A stretch of DNA of 64,000 nucleotides from Octopus vulgaris. Its lineage: Eukaryota. Where the stretch lies: contig OX597818.1 in the NCBI GenBank assembly GCA_951406725.2, forward strand, positions 124,062,001 through 124,126,000, written 5' to 3'. Of the stretch, positions 12,149-24,472 are shown piece by piece. The position numbers and the translations under genes were made by a program. Within the stretch, counting starts at the first letter, position 1; the number at the start of each line of letters is the position of its first letter. The notes beneath the pieces are model-generated. The model was not told the DNA's origin. It made no database searches and was given only the letters and a program-made list of their open reading frames with translations.

Positions 12149-12445
12149 GCACATATGTACATATATTTGTATTACACATCCATTTGTGTGTTTTGTTTCT
12201 GAATTGTTTGAAGACAAAGCCTGTCGATGTTTCCATAGTAAGCTACTATCTTCTTCATACAAAGAGAACAATGGTATTATTATCTGAACATATGTAAACA
12301 AATAACTGTATCTTAATACATATTGAATAGTATCTTGCCAAAGAGGTCAAGCCTGTTCTGCTTCTAAAATTTCAATTGGTGGGATAAAATACCAACATAC
12401 CTACCTTTGTGCTTTCAACCCCACCATCATTGTTTTATACCAACA

Positions 12446-13726
12446 CTAGCAGTATCGCCTGGCGTTGCTCAGGTTTGTAAGGGAAATAACTATATAAGCA
12501 TTTTTAGAGAGTTACTTCCCTTATATAATAGCAAAAAATGCATTAAAAATGGGAAAAATTGATGGTAATTTTTTTTTTAAATCGTAGACTCATCGTAGAC
12601 GTGCGCTAATACCCAGAAGGGCTCGATATGAATCACGACTATAAGATACCCGCTTTTGGTTAAACTGCACCGCAAAATCTTATACTACTGAGCCCCAAAG
12701 TCATTTGATGTATATATATATATATACTAGCACTATGACTTGGCAACGCCGGGTCATAGCGCTAGTGCATGCATATACAGCTGTGTGCGTGCACACATAC
12801 ACATGAGTACTGTCCAAATCTCCGACCAATCACATACAACTAGCTGGCATTCAATTGGCGCATCAAGTTTCGGGCATTTTGATGGGTTTTGGATAGAAAA
12901 TTCACAAAAATTCACTTCTATTGATTTTTTTAATGGCTTTGCGGGGTGACTGATGAAATGTAAAGATGTGCATGACCACCCTTGGACAATTTTGAATGAC
13001 CATAGAAAATGCGAGCCCTCTAACTGAAAAATTGTGGATTTGTATAAAGGACACACACACAGACAGACATTTTGCCATTTATATATATACTAGCAGTATC
13101 GCCCGGCGTTGCTCGGGTTTGTAAGGGAAATAACTATATAAGCATTTTTAGAGAGTTATAGCCAAAAAATAGCAAAAAATGCATTAAAAATGGAAAAAAT
13201 ATGATGGTAAATTTTTTTGAAAATCGTTGACTCATCGTAGACATTTTTAGAGAGTTACTTCCCTTATATAATAGCGAAAAAATGCATTAAAATGGAAAAA
13301 AAACGATGGTAAATTTTTTTTTAAATCGTAGACTCATGTAGACGCTTTCTTAGCCATTTCTGTTTTGGTGTCTTCAAGCCATGAAGTCGTTGTTCTAAAA
13401 GAACACTGGTCTCCTTGACAACGCATTACGACATTAATTTCCTTACACTCCCTTCCCCACAGGTGCAGGTGTGAGCGTGGACGCCAACTCCGCCGCCATC
13501 GACACACGAAAAATTATGCATTAAAATGGAATAAAAAATGATGTTAAATTATTTTTAAAATCGTAGACTCATCGTAGACGCACGCTAATATTCAGACGGG
13601 CTCGATATGAATCACGACTATAAGCTACCCGAATTTGGTTAAACTGTACCGCAAAATGTGGGAGTAGTTAGGAATCTAAATCGAAGGGGACAGACACTCA
13701 CACAACTACAGTTTTATATATATAGA
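12446..13726 (-). mobile_element. Cluster of three non-autonomous Helitrons (12446-~12680 truncated; 12727-13089; 13090-13726)
   Basis: CTAG-plus-hairpin termini at 12446, 12727 and 13090; TC-TATATATA start at 13726. Confidence 0.8.
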
Positions 13727-13739
13727 TATACATAGCGCA

Positions 13740-14135
13740 GTAGTGGTGAGATGTGACAGCAAAGAAAAGCATATATTCACTCTCTGCATGCAATTAGACT
13801 CGGAAAGTTCGTGAGGAACCCATTGACCCAATTTGCTGACTTTTCCGATAGCACACAGGTGTCAATGAATGGTTGAATGACCAAATCCAAGCTTCTCTGC
13901 TAGTTCCTCAACAGTTACGATGATATTTTGTTCCACCAGGGTTTTCAGGATGTCCTTGTCGAGTTCTACAGATCTTTCAGGATGAGGCTCGTCTTCTAGG
14001 CTGTAGTTTATGGCTCGGGATTTCTGGAACCACCATTGACACTGCCTTACGCTTATTGTCCAATCCCCATATACTGCATTAATATTTCTTGTACTTTGCA
14101 CACATTTATATTCTGTTATTCTTTTATATGTTTCA
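13740..14135 (-). pseudogene. Mariner transposase N-terminal fragment
   Basis: RNINAVYGD..ISVRQCQWWFQK..SLEDEP..TVEELAEKLG..STI then KLGQWVPHELS. Confidence 0.8.
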
Positions 14136-14160
14136 GCCTTGAGGTTGTGGCCATGCTGGA

Positions 14161-14199
<39 letters not shown>

Positions 14200-15014
14200 T
14201 ATCTGTCTGTCTGTCTGTATGTATATATGTATATGTATGTGTGTGAACAATAATATTTTCAACAGATGTGTTGCAAATGTATCTGATTGTTCTCAAGCTT
14301 CAATACTGTGTGTGTGTGTTTGTGTGTGTGTGTATGTATGTATGTATATGTATGTATATATGTATGTATATGTATGTATGTATGTATGTATGTGTGTATG
14401 TATGTATGTGTGTGTGTATGTATGTGTGTGTATGTGTGTGTGTGTATGTATGTATGTATGTATGTATGTATGTATGTATGTATGTATGTATGAGTGTATG
14501 TTTACTTTATTACTAATTACTCTCTTCCAAGAACATTTTCACTCACTCTTAGCTCTTAGCTTCCCATACATTTTACTCATGTATCTATCAGCGTCATAGA
14601 CAGAATACTTTCACTTTAGTCTTCCTCAAATCACTGTCGCTATTTACTTTCATTTTATTCGTTGCCCACTGTGTGTGTGCGTTTGCGTGTGGTGTAAACC
14701 AGACTAAGAAAAGCATTTGACACACACACCAGAATGTGAGTTTTCTGTAAATTTTGCTTAATTGGAGTTTAAATTTTAAAAACTGGACCTGGCATGACGC
14801 GATGCATTGTACTCTCAAAAATGCCAGGTAAATTGTAATTGAAGAAATCCTATATTGTAGATTTGTATAACTCCCAAAGGGAGGCAGATAAAATCTGCCT
14901 TTTATAATAAGACTAGCAGAATTGCCCGGCGTTGCTCGGGGCTGAATTGCTTGAAAGTACTGTTAATGATTGCACTGAATTATGATGATTATTCAGGCAA
15001 ATATTGAAATAAGC

Positions 15015-15509
15015 TTACGGTGGGAAGTAAGGACTTAACGCCAAACGTGTGCCATTGCATTGTTTTGGGGGAACCAAATTTCTGATGAGCATTATAGGGG
15101 CACTAACTTTAAGTTTGAGAAAGTGTGGTGGTAGTCCGGGGTGCTCAAAGCAATTGAGTACCTCTATTGGATAGTTGATGACGTCCTCTGGGTCAGGAGT
15201 TGTATCGATAGACTGATATACATCGACTTCCCCAGGAATGAGTTTTAGCATTTCATCATTAATATGGTGAACAGTTTTATTCCTCGGGGCCAGTATAGCC
15301 TTTTTGCCAATCCAATCCATATTCTGATAATTAGCTTGTAAATCTGGGAACACTGCATCTCTGAGATCAGAAGGCGTCTTAACAATGGTACAAATGGAAT
15401 CGATGGCAATATTACCATTTTCATCCCCTGGTATTTTGCCTTCGCCAAGTGCAAGGAGGGTGTGAGGAAATGCTGGTGATGTGATATTACGTCGCATATG
15501 AGCACGCAT
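15015..15509 (-). pseudogene. Helitron Pif1-family helicase fragment (copy 1)
   Basis: NMR, LL.LGEG, AILAPRN..V..IN, YPIEVLN..GLPPH.LKLKV.APIMLIRNL...CNGTRL. Confidence 0.9.
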
Positions 15510-15755
15510 ATTGGTGTGAAGTTTGAGAGTTACTTCCGTTTATTTTAAAAAATATGCATTAAAATGGAAAAAAATGATGGTAAATTATTTGTAAAATCAT
15601 AGACTCATCGTAGACGCGCGCTAATACCCAGAAGGGCTCGATATGAATCACGACTATAAGATACCCGGTTTTGGTTAAACTGCATCGCAAAATGTGGGAG
15701 TAGTTAGGAATCTAAATCGGAGTAGACTGACACACAACCTTTCTTTTATATATAA

Positions 15756-15798
<43 letters not shown>

Positions 15799-16506
15799 TG
15801 CATACATACATATACACATAAACCGAGTAAAAAATTTCAGTTATCTCTCTCTTTCACACATTACTCTCTGTCTCTTCACACACACTAACAGAAGCACTTC
15901 ACTTACACAACATACTGTCTGTCTCCCACACTCCATCAAACACACACACACACACATGTACATCAATGAGTCCCATGCACGGTAACTTCAAAGGAACTTC
16001 CCTCGTCATACAATCGCTTTCTCTTAGTCTCTTTCGCTCTCATTACTTATGTAAAAAAATAAAAGTTTTTTCTATGTGTGTATACAAGGAAGTGGGAGGC
16101 AGAGTGAAAGAATCACTCACTACAGTAAGTGAATTACTTTCATTTTATTCCTTGCCCACTGTGTGTGTGCGTTTGCGTGTGGTGTAAACCAGACTAAGAA
16201 AAGCATTTGACACACACACCAGAATGTGAGTTTTCTGTAAATTTTGCTTAATTGGAGTTTAAATTTTAAAAACTGGACCTGGCATGACGCGATGCATTGT
16301 ACTCTCAAAACTGCTAGGTAAATTGTAATTGAAGAAATCCTATATTGTAGATTTGTATAACTCCCAAAGGGAGGCAGATAAAATCTGCCTTTTATAATAA
16401 GAGACTAGCAGAATTGCCCGGCGTTGCTCGGGGCTGAATTGCTTGAAAGTACTGTTAATGATTGCACTGAATTATGATGATTATTCAGGCAAATATTGAT
16501 ATAAGT

Positions 16507-17001
16507 TTACGGTGGGAGATAAGGACTTAACACCAAACGTGTGCCATTGCATTGTTTTGGGGGAACCAAATTTCTGATGAGCATTATAGGGGCACTAACT
16601 TTAAGTTTGAGAAAGTGTGGTAGTAGTCTGGGGTGCTCAAAGGAATTGAGTACCTCTATTGGATAGTTGATGACGTCCTCTGGGTCAGGAGTTGTATCGA
16701 TAGACTGATATACATCGACTTCCCCAGGAATGAGTTTTAGCATTTCATCATTAATATGGTGAACAGTTTTATTCCTCGGGGCCAGTATAGCCTTTTTGCC
16801 AATCCAATCCATATTCTGATAATTAGCTTGTAAATCTGGGAACACTGCATCTCTGAGATCAGAAGGCGTCTTAACAATGGTACAAATGGAATCGATGGCA
16901 ATATTACCATTTTCATCCCCTGGTATTTTGCCTTCGCCAAGTGCAAGGAGAGTGTGAGGAAATGCTGGTGATGTGATATTACGTCGCATATGAGCACGCA
17001 T
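16507..17001 (-). pseudogene. Helitron Pif1-family helicase fragment (copy 2)
   Basis: Same 164-aa open frame with a few substitutions. Confidence 0.9.
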
Positions 17002-18185
17002 ATTGGTGTGAAGTTTGAGAGTTACTTCCGTTTATTTTTAAAAATATGCATTAAAATGGAAAAAAATGATGGTAAATTATTTGTAAAATCATAGACTCAT
17101 CGTAGACGCGCGCTAATACCCAGAAGGGCTCGATATGAATCACGACTATAAGATACCCGGTTTTGGTTAAACTGCATCGCAAAATGTGGGAGTAGTTAGG
17201 AATCTAAATCGGAGTAGACAGACACACAACCTTTCTTTTATATATAAATACATACATACACACACACATACATACACACACACACACACATACATGCATA
17301 CATACATATACACATAAACCGAGTAAAAAAATTTCAGTTATCTCTCTCTTTCACACATTACTCTCTCTGTCTCTTCACACACACTAACAGAAGCACTTCA
17401 CTTACACAACATACTGTCTGTCTCCCACACTCCATCAAACACACACACAGACACACATGTACATCAATGAGTCCCATGCACGGTAACTTCAAAGGAACTT
17501 CCCTCGTCATACAATCGCTTTCTCTTAGTCTCTTTCGCTCTCATTACTTATGTAAAAAAATAAAAGTTTTTTCTATGTGTGTAAAGAGGAAGTGGGAGGC
17601 AGAGTGAAAGAATTACTCACTACAGTAAGTGAATTACTTTCATTTTATTCCTTGCCCACTGTGTGTGTGCGTTTGCGTGTGGTGTAAACCAGACTAAGAA
17701 AAGCATTTGACACACACACCAGAATGTGAGTTTTCTGTAAATTTTGCTTAATTGGAGTTTAAATTTTAAAAACTGGACCTGGCATGACGCGATGCATTGT
17801 ACTCTCAAAACTGCTAGGTAAATTGTAATTGAAGAAATCCTATATTGTAGATTTGTATAACTCCCAAAGGGAGGCAGATAAAATCTGCCTTTTATAATAA
17901 GAGACTAGCAGTATCGCCCGGCGTTGCTCGGGTTTGTAAGGGAAATAACTATATAAGCATTTTTAGAGAGTTATAGCCAAAAAGTAGCAAAAAAATGCAT
18001 TAAAAATTGAAAAAAAAATTAAGGTAAATTTTTCTTTAAATCGTTGACACATCGTAGATATTTTTAGAGAGTTACTTCCCTTATATAAAAGCGAAAAAAA
18101 TGCATTAAAATGGAAAAATATGATGGTAATTTTTTTTTAAATCGTAGACTCATCGTAGACGCGCGCTAATACCCAGAAGGGCTCG

Positions 18186-18562
18186 TTTGTTATTCTGGGT
18201 AACTTTCTGTAAAATTATTAAAATTTTGTTCAAACATCGCTATAGAAAATGGGTTATTAGCTAATATTCAATTGGGTATACAACAAAATTTTACGATAGA
18301 ATTTGTTATTCTGGGTAACTTTCTGTAAAATTATTAAAATTTTGTTCAAACATCATCCATGTATAGAAAATGGGTTATTAGCTAATATTCAATTGGGTAT
18401 ACAACAAAATTTTACGATAGAATTTGTTATTCTGAGTAACTTTCTGTAAAATTATTAAAATTTTGTTCAAACATCGCTATAGAAAATGGGTTATTAGCTA
18501 ATATTCAATTGGGTATACAACAACATTTTACGATAGAATTTGTTATTCTGGGTAACTTTCTG
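18186..18562. repeat. ~116-bp tandem repeat, about 3.2 copies, inside a Helitron unit
   Basis: Units starting tttgttattctgggtaactttc at 18186, 18302, 18423 and 18539. Confidence 0.9.
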
Positions 18563-18605
18563 ATACCCATAATAATATTTATGGCAAAATAGGCCTTAAT
18601 TTCAT

Positions 18606-18809
18606 TTAAGATTGTGGGAAATAACAAACTATCCTTTCTTTCGGTTTGTTTACGTTTAGCGTAATGATTTCAAATAGGCTCATTCGAAAAAGTAAATAGA
18701 AATAGTCTAAGGCTTTACTCTTCTGGGAAAGTCTGTGGCTTGGTCCAGTTTCTTCAGAAAACTCACCGAAAGAAACAGTTTTTAAATTTTCACTCCATTC
18801 AGGTACCAA
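18606..18809 (-). pseudogene. piggyBac-like transposase N-terminal fragment captured in a Helitron
   Basis: FSEETGP..L....ALDYFYLLF..SLFEII...N resembles the start of the piggyBac/PGBD DDE domain (judged by eye). Confidence 0.55.
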
Positions 18810-19280
18810 TTCGTTTTCTTTATCGCTGTCGGATTCACTGTTTTCACTTTAATAGCTGCCAACTTGCAAAGACAAAGGTGGAGAAGGGTGATAGCGTCAG
18901 TGAAACAATTCGCTCCCTTTGTGTGTGTGTGCGTTTGCGTGTGGTGTAAACCAGACTAAGAAAAGCATTTGACACACACACCAGAATGTGAGTTTTCTGT
19001 AAATTTTGCTTAATTGGAGTTTAAATTTTAAAAACTGGACCTGGCATGACGCGATGCATTGTACTCTTAAAATTGCTAGGTAAATTGTAATTGAAGAAAT
19101 CCTATATTGTAGATTTGTATAACTCCCAAAGGGAGGCAGATAAAATCTGCCTTTTATAATAAGAGATATATATATATACTAGCAGAATTGCCCGGCGTTG
19201 CTCGGGGCTGAATTGCTTGAAAGTACTGTTAATGATTGCACTGAATTATGATGATTATTCAGGCAAATATTGAAATAAGC

Positions 19281-19775
19281 TTACGGTGGGAGATAAGGAC
19301 TTAACGCCAAACGTGTGCCATTGCATTGTTTTGGGGGAACCAAATTTCTGATGAGCATTATAGGGGCACTAACTTTAAGTTTGAGAAAGTGTGGTGGTAG
19401 TCCGGGGTGCTCAAAGCAATTGAGTACCTCTATTGGATAGTTGATGACGTCCTCTGGGTCAGGAGTTGTATCGATAGACTGATATACATCGACTTCCCCA
19501 GGAATGAGTTTTAGCATTTCATCATTAATATGGTGAACAGTTTTATTCCTCGGGGCCAGTATAGCCTTTTTGCCAATCCAATCCATATTCTGATAATTAG
19601 CTTGTAAATCTGGGAACACTGCATCTCTGAGATCAGAAGGCGTCTTAACAATGGTACAAATGGAATCGATGGCAATATTACCATTTTCATCCCCTGGTAT
19701 TTTGCCTTCGCCAAGTGCAAGGAGGGTGTGAGGAAATGCTGGTGATGTGATATTACGTCGCATATGAGCACGCAT
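19281..19775 (-). pseudogene. Helitron Pif1-family helicase fragment (copy 3)
   Basis: Same 164-aa open frame. Confidence 0.9.
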
Positions 19776-20021
19776 TTTGGTGTGAAGTTTGAGAGTTACT
19801 TCCGTTTATTTTAAAAAATATGCATTAAAATGGAAAAAAATGATGGTAAATTATTTGTAAAATCATAGACTCATTGTAGACGCGCGCTAATACCCAGAAG
19901 GGCTCGATATGAATCACGACTATAAGATACCCGGTTTTGGTTAAACTGCATCGCAAAATGTGGGAGTAGTTAGGAATCTAAATCGGAGTAGACAGACACA
20001 CAACCTTTCTTTTATATATAA

Positions 20022-20052
<31 letters not shown>

Positions 20053-20657
20053 TACATGCATACATACATATACACATAAACCGAGTAAAAAATTTCAGTT
20101 ATCTCTCTCTTTCACACATTACTCTCTCTGTCTCTTCACACACACTAACAGAAGCACTTCACTTACACAACATACTGTCTGTCTCCCACACTCCATCAAA
20201 CACACACACACACACATGTACATCAATGAGTCCCATGCACGGTAACTTCAAAGGAACTTCCCTCGTCATACAATCGCTTTCTCTTAGTCTCTTTCGCTCT
20301 CATTACTTATGTAAAAAAATAAAAGTTTTTTCTGTGTGTATACAAGGAAGTGGGAGGCAGAGTGAAAGAATCACTCACTACAGTAAGTGAATTACTTTCA
20401 TTTTATTCCTTGCCCACTGTGTGTGTGCGTTTGCGTGTGGTGTAAACCAGACTAAGAAAAGCATTTGACACACACACCAGAATGTGAGTTTTCTGTAAAT
20501 TTTGCTTAATTGGAGTTTAAATTTTAAAAACTGGACCTGGCATGACGCGATGCATTGTACTCTCAAAACTGCTAGGTAAATTGTAATTGAAGAAATCCTA
20601 TATTGTAGATTTGTATAACTCCCAAAGGGAGGCAGATAAAATCTGCCTTTTATAATA

Positions 20658-20726
<69 letters not shown>

Positions 20727-20881
20727 AGTAATTGAATGAATTATCTTATTAAGGATAATTCGAAAGATAACGGATACCTGGGTAGCAAATTCACATCAGA
20801 AAGAACACGGTTGAAGCTACGTCCATAGGGCATAGACTACGTGTCTTCGTGCGGAAATTTGTATGTTTATTTTAAAATTAG

Positions 20882-21139
20882 AAGTATATGAAAGAATGGA
20901 GTTGAACGACTAGTTAACAAGTATCCTTTATTCTCGACATATGTTTCGAAGGCTGCATATTCCTAATTCCGAAAGAATAAGGAGTACATTATGCAGATTT
21001 CTCATCTTGATTTTCCTGATGAGAAATCTGCATAATGTACTCCTTATTCCTTCGGAATTAAGAATATGCAGCCTTCGAAACATATGTCGAGAATAAAGGA
21101 TACTTGTTAACTAGTCGTTCAATTCCATTCTTTCATATA

Positions 21140-21142
<3 letters not shown>
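20882..21142. repeat. Long palindrome (125-bp arms, 11-nt loop) in TA tracts; Penelope-like inverted pseudo-LTR
   Basis: 20882-21006 is the reverse complement of 21018-21142 with few mismatches; it contains a hammerhead motif followed by AATAAA. Confidence 0.8.
21010..21094 (+). ncRNA. Type I hammerhead ribozyme with minimal stem III
   Basis: attttc-CTGATGA(21016-22)-stem II (ga..ctgcata/tatgcag..tc)-GAAA(21077-80)-catatg-TC|gagaat. Stem I is 6 bp; cleavage predicted after C21088. Confidence 0.75.
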
Positions 21143-21199
<57 letters not shown>

Positions 21200-21412
21200 T
21201 AATTTAAAAATAGGAAGTTTATATATATACGTGAGCACCCACTACACTCACGGAGTGGTTAGCGTTAGGAAGGGCATCCAGCCGTAGAAACACTGCCAGA
21301 TTTGACTGGGCCTGATGAAGCCTTCTGGCTTCACAGACCCCAGTAGAACCGTCCAACCCATGCTAGTATGGAAAACGGACGCTAAACGATGATGATGATG
21401 ATGATGATGATA

Positions 21413-22090
21413 GGGGCATACACAGAAATCAGCGTAACGAATCTGTCCCAAATGAGTGGGATCCGAACAATCATCAGGCGCTCACTGACGGCAGTTGGGG
21501 CCGGTCTGTGTTGGTCCACGAGTTGCGTTTTGATGGCAACTTTGAAAAGATGGTGTATTTGGAGCCAGCTTCTCTGATGCTGCCTTCTCTGAGAAGCCTA
21601 GTCTCGCTCAAGCTACGTCGATGTTGAAGCGGACAAGTTCCTTGCAGACGAGGGCTTTACGTTGCTCTGGTCAATTAACGTCACTTTTGTCCTGAAGAGT
21701 GCAGATGTTCCAGGCCCCAAAGGTTAGAGGTTGTGAAACAAAGGATTTAGTAGAGTTCCGACCGTTAAGTGGGCGGTCCGTCAGCCGTGGTATGCTGGCC
21801 ACATTGAGTTGCTGTGTCCGATGTTTACCCCATCTTTTCTAGGGGCTTCCCCTTGAGAGGTGGGGTGCAGTAATCCTAAAGAGACCAGCCCAGGCACGAG
21901 TCCAGCTGCCGAACTCCAACGTCATCGCTATTCATTGGAAGGCAACCATCTGAGATTCGCCGCCAATGTGTGGTCACGGACTAAAGACTTCCAGCTTTCC
22001 AGGCCTGCCTCTGGTGTCCACGATACCATCATCATTGGGCTTTTTGAGACAGATTAGAAAGGTGAAGCCATTCGCTGAGTAAATTATTTG
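21413..22090 (-). mobile_element. RTE-clade LINE 5' fragment (5' UTR + degenerate APE endonuclease)
   Basis: Minus strand reads FGAWNICTL..RKALVCKELVRFNIDVA..LSETRL..GSI.E...YTIF..VSERLMIVRIPL...TLISVYAP with stops and frameshifts. The 5' boundary is approximate. Confidence 0.75.
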
Positions 22091-23322
22091 AGGTGGCGTG
22101 GGTTAACGTTGTGTTAACAACAAACAAGATGAGGACAAATATCCGTCGAATGTAAATAATGTAGAAGTAATACATCTTTCCTCAGTACAGGCATTACTTT
22201 CGCTTGCGTCGTTTCGACTCACGACTTTTTCAACTTAACATCGTTTTTCTAAGAAATTATTGGGAGGGGGGGGGGAAACAAACGAAAAACAAAAATAACA
22301 CTAGCGTCAAATACAGCCGACTTATCCGACTTTATGTCGATCACAGCGAACATATTTAAATGCATAAGAATTAAAAACAAATAAAAAATACCTAAAAACC
22401 GATACTGAAGTGAAAAATAAAATTGAATACAAGTGAAAAATTGGACAAACCATTTATTAAAACATACTAGAGCAAATAACTTTTTTATAAAAGTTTTTCT
22501 GTGTGATGTCGTTTATCGAAGTTACGTCGCATATACTGGAACCAATTACCGACGTAAATTGACATGTACCCGTGTACGTATTTATACATCTTTCATACAT
22601 CATTTCATTTTATCATATCAGTATTTCAATTTATTTCACACACACAGTGTAGCAGTAGCGGTTAGGGGAGACAACCCTGTCTAGCCTAAGTTAAGGTAGA
22701 AATGGAAGCTTTGAAACTTATATGAAAGAATAAAGGCTTAATGAATATATACATTTAATATTTCTTTCTTCAACATACTATAAAGATCTTAAACTTTCCA
22801 ATCGTTGGTAGTTATATATAACACCATTTCAGCCTTCTTTCGAATTATCAGTGCAGTTTATTTATGCAGTTTATTTCATCTGCCGTTACGTTCTGAGTTC
22901 AAATTCCGCCGAGGTCGACTTTGCCTTTCATCCTTTCGGGGTCGATAAATTAAGTACCACTTGCGCACTGGGGTCGATATAATCGACTCAATCCGTTTGT
23001 CTGTCCTTGTTTGTCCCCTCTGTGTGAAGCCCCTTGTGGGTAGTAAAGAAATAGGTATTTCGCCTGTCGCTATGTTCTGAGTTCAAACTCCGCCGAGATC
23101 GACATTGCCTTTCATCTTTTTGGGGTCGATAAATTAAGTACCAGTGAAACACTGGGGTCGATATAATCGACTAGTCCCCTCCCTCCAAATTTCAGAACTT
23201 GTGTCTTTAGGAGAAAGGATTATTATCTGTAATCTTTTATATTCCAAGTTGTTATATCTCATGGCATAGAAAAGATAACCGTTCTTCGCCTTCTTTCTAT
23301 TCTATTCCTCTTATTATACATT

Positions 23323-23717
23323 GGAGGCGCAATGGCCCAGTGGTTAGGACAGCGGACTCGCGGTCGGAGGATCGCGGTTTCGATTCCCAGACCGGGCATT
23401 GTGAGTGTTTATTGAGCGAAAACACCTAAAGCTCCACGAGGCTCCGGCAGGGGTGGTGGTGAACCCTGCTGTACTCTTTCACCACAACTTTCTCTCGCTC
23501 TTTCTTCCTGTTTCTCTTGTACCTGTATTTCAAAGGGCCAGCCTTGTCACACTCTGTGTCACGCTGAATCTCCTCGAGAACTACGTTAAGGGTACACGTG
23601 TCTGTGGAGTGCTCAGCCACTTGCACGTTAATATCACGAGCAAGCTGTTCCGTTGATCGTATCAGCTGGGACCCTCATCGTCGCAACCGACGGAGTGCTC
23701 CTATATATATATAAATA
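23323..23717 (+). mobile_element. tRNA-derived SINE ('family R')
   Basis: Head ggaggcgcaatggcccagtggttagg...ggtttcgattccc; TSD tattatacatt at 23312-23322 and 23718-23728. Other copies at 33992-34377, 55776-56171(-) and 57790-58176(-). Confidence 0.85.
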
Positions 23718-24472
23718 TATTATACATTATTCTCCCCCGCCAAGCCCCATTTCTGTGGTTAAATGTGTCGAAATCGTAATAAAGGTCAATTCAGTGCCTT
23801 TATTGCGATTTCAACAATCGCCAGATGAAACTAAAAAAATTATAATCTTAAACTTCTGCCTGTCCAAAGAATTATCATAAATTTTACCTCGGATCTTTAC
23901 CTCTAACATCCATGCATATTTTCAGAATTTCAGTTAGATCTTGTTTCATACGATCTGAGTAATATAAAGCCTTCCGGTCATTTGTACCGAGTTATTTTAA
24001 TGGTTGCAAAAAAAAAAAAAAAATCGTGGTAATTAGCTTGCTTACCAACCACATGGTTCCGGTTTCAGTCCCACTGCGTGGCATCTTGGGCAAGTGTCTT
24101 CTGCTATAGCACCGGGCCGACCAAAGCCTTGTGGGTGGATTTGGTAGACGGAAACTGAAAGAAGCCCGTCGTATATATGTAGTATATATGTGTATGTTTG
24201 TGTGTCTTGTTTGTCCCCCTAGAATTGCTTGACAACCGATGCTGGTGTGTTTACGTCCCCGTCACTTAGCGGTTCGGCAAAAGAGACCGATAGAATAAGT
24301 ACTGGGCTTACAAAGAATAAGTTCCGGGGTCGATTTGCTCGACTAAAGGCGGTGCTCCAGCATGGCCACAGTTAAATGACTGAAACAAGTAAAAGTGAGT
24401 AAAGAGTAAGCCTTTGACTGTATTTTTTTGTTTGTGCGCATGTGTGTGGGTCAGTTTGTGTGCACATGCACA

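Larger units (their letters stand above)
14660..20662 (-). mobile_element. Head-to-tail array of composite non-autonomous Helitrons
   Basis: Units 14913-16404, 16405-17904, 17905-19166 and 19179-20662 each start TCTCTTATTATAAAAGGCAG (minus strand) and end in hairpin+CTAG. An extra 5' end lies at 14660-14912. Confidence 0.85.

Noticed and set aside
12200-12284. PLFSLYEEDSSLLWKHR loosely resembles the PI3K helical-domain start
   Set aside because: Following residues do not match and no other PI3K-like exons are visible.
11105-12301. 300-400 aa ORFs on both strands (HTYI/MYVC repeats); similar ORFs at 838-1357, 9822-10440, 14036-14599 and 24308-25754
   Set aside because: Translations of stop-free TATG/CA microsatellites.
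23323-23395. tRNA-like sequences here and at other SINE heads
   Set aside because: They continue into conserved SINE bodies bounded by TSDs, so they are not stand-alone tRNA genes.
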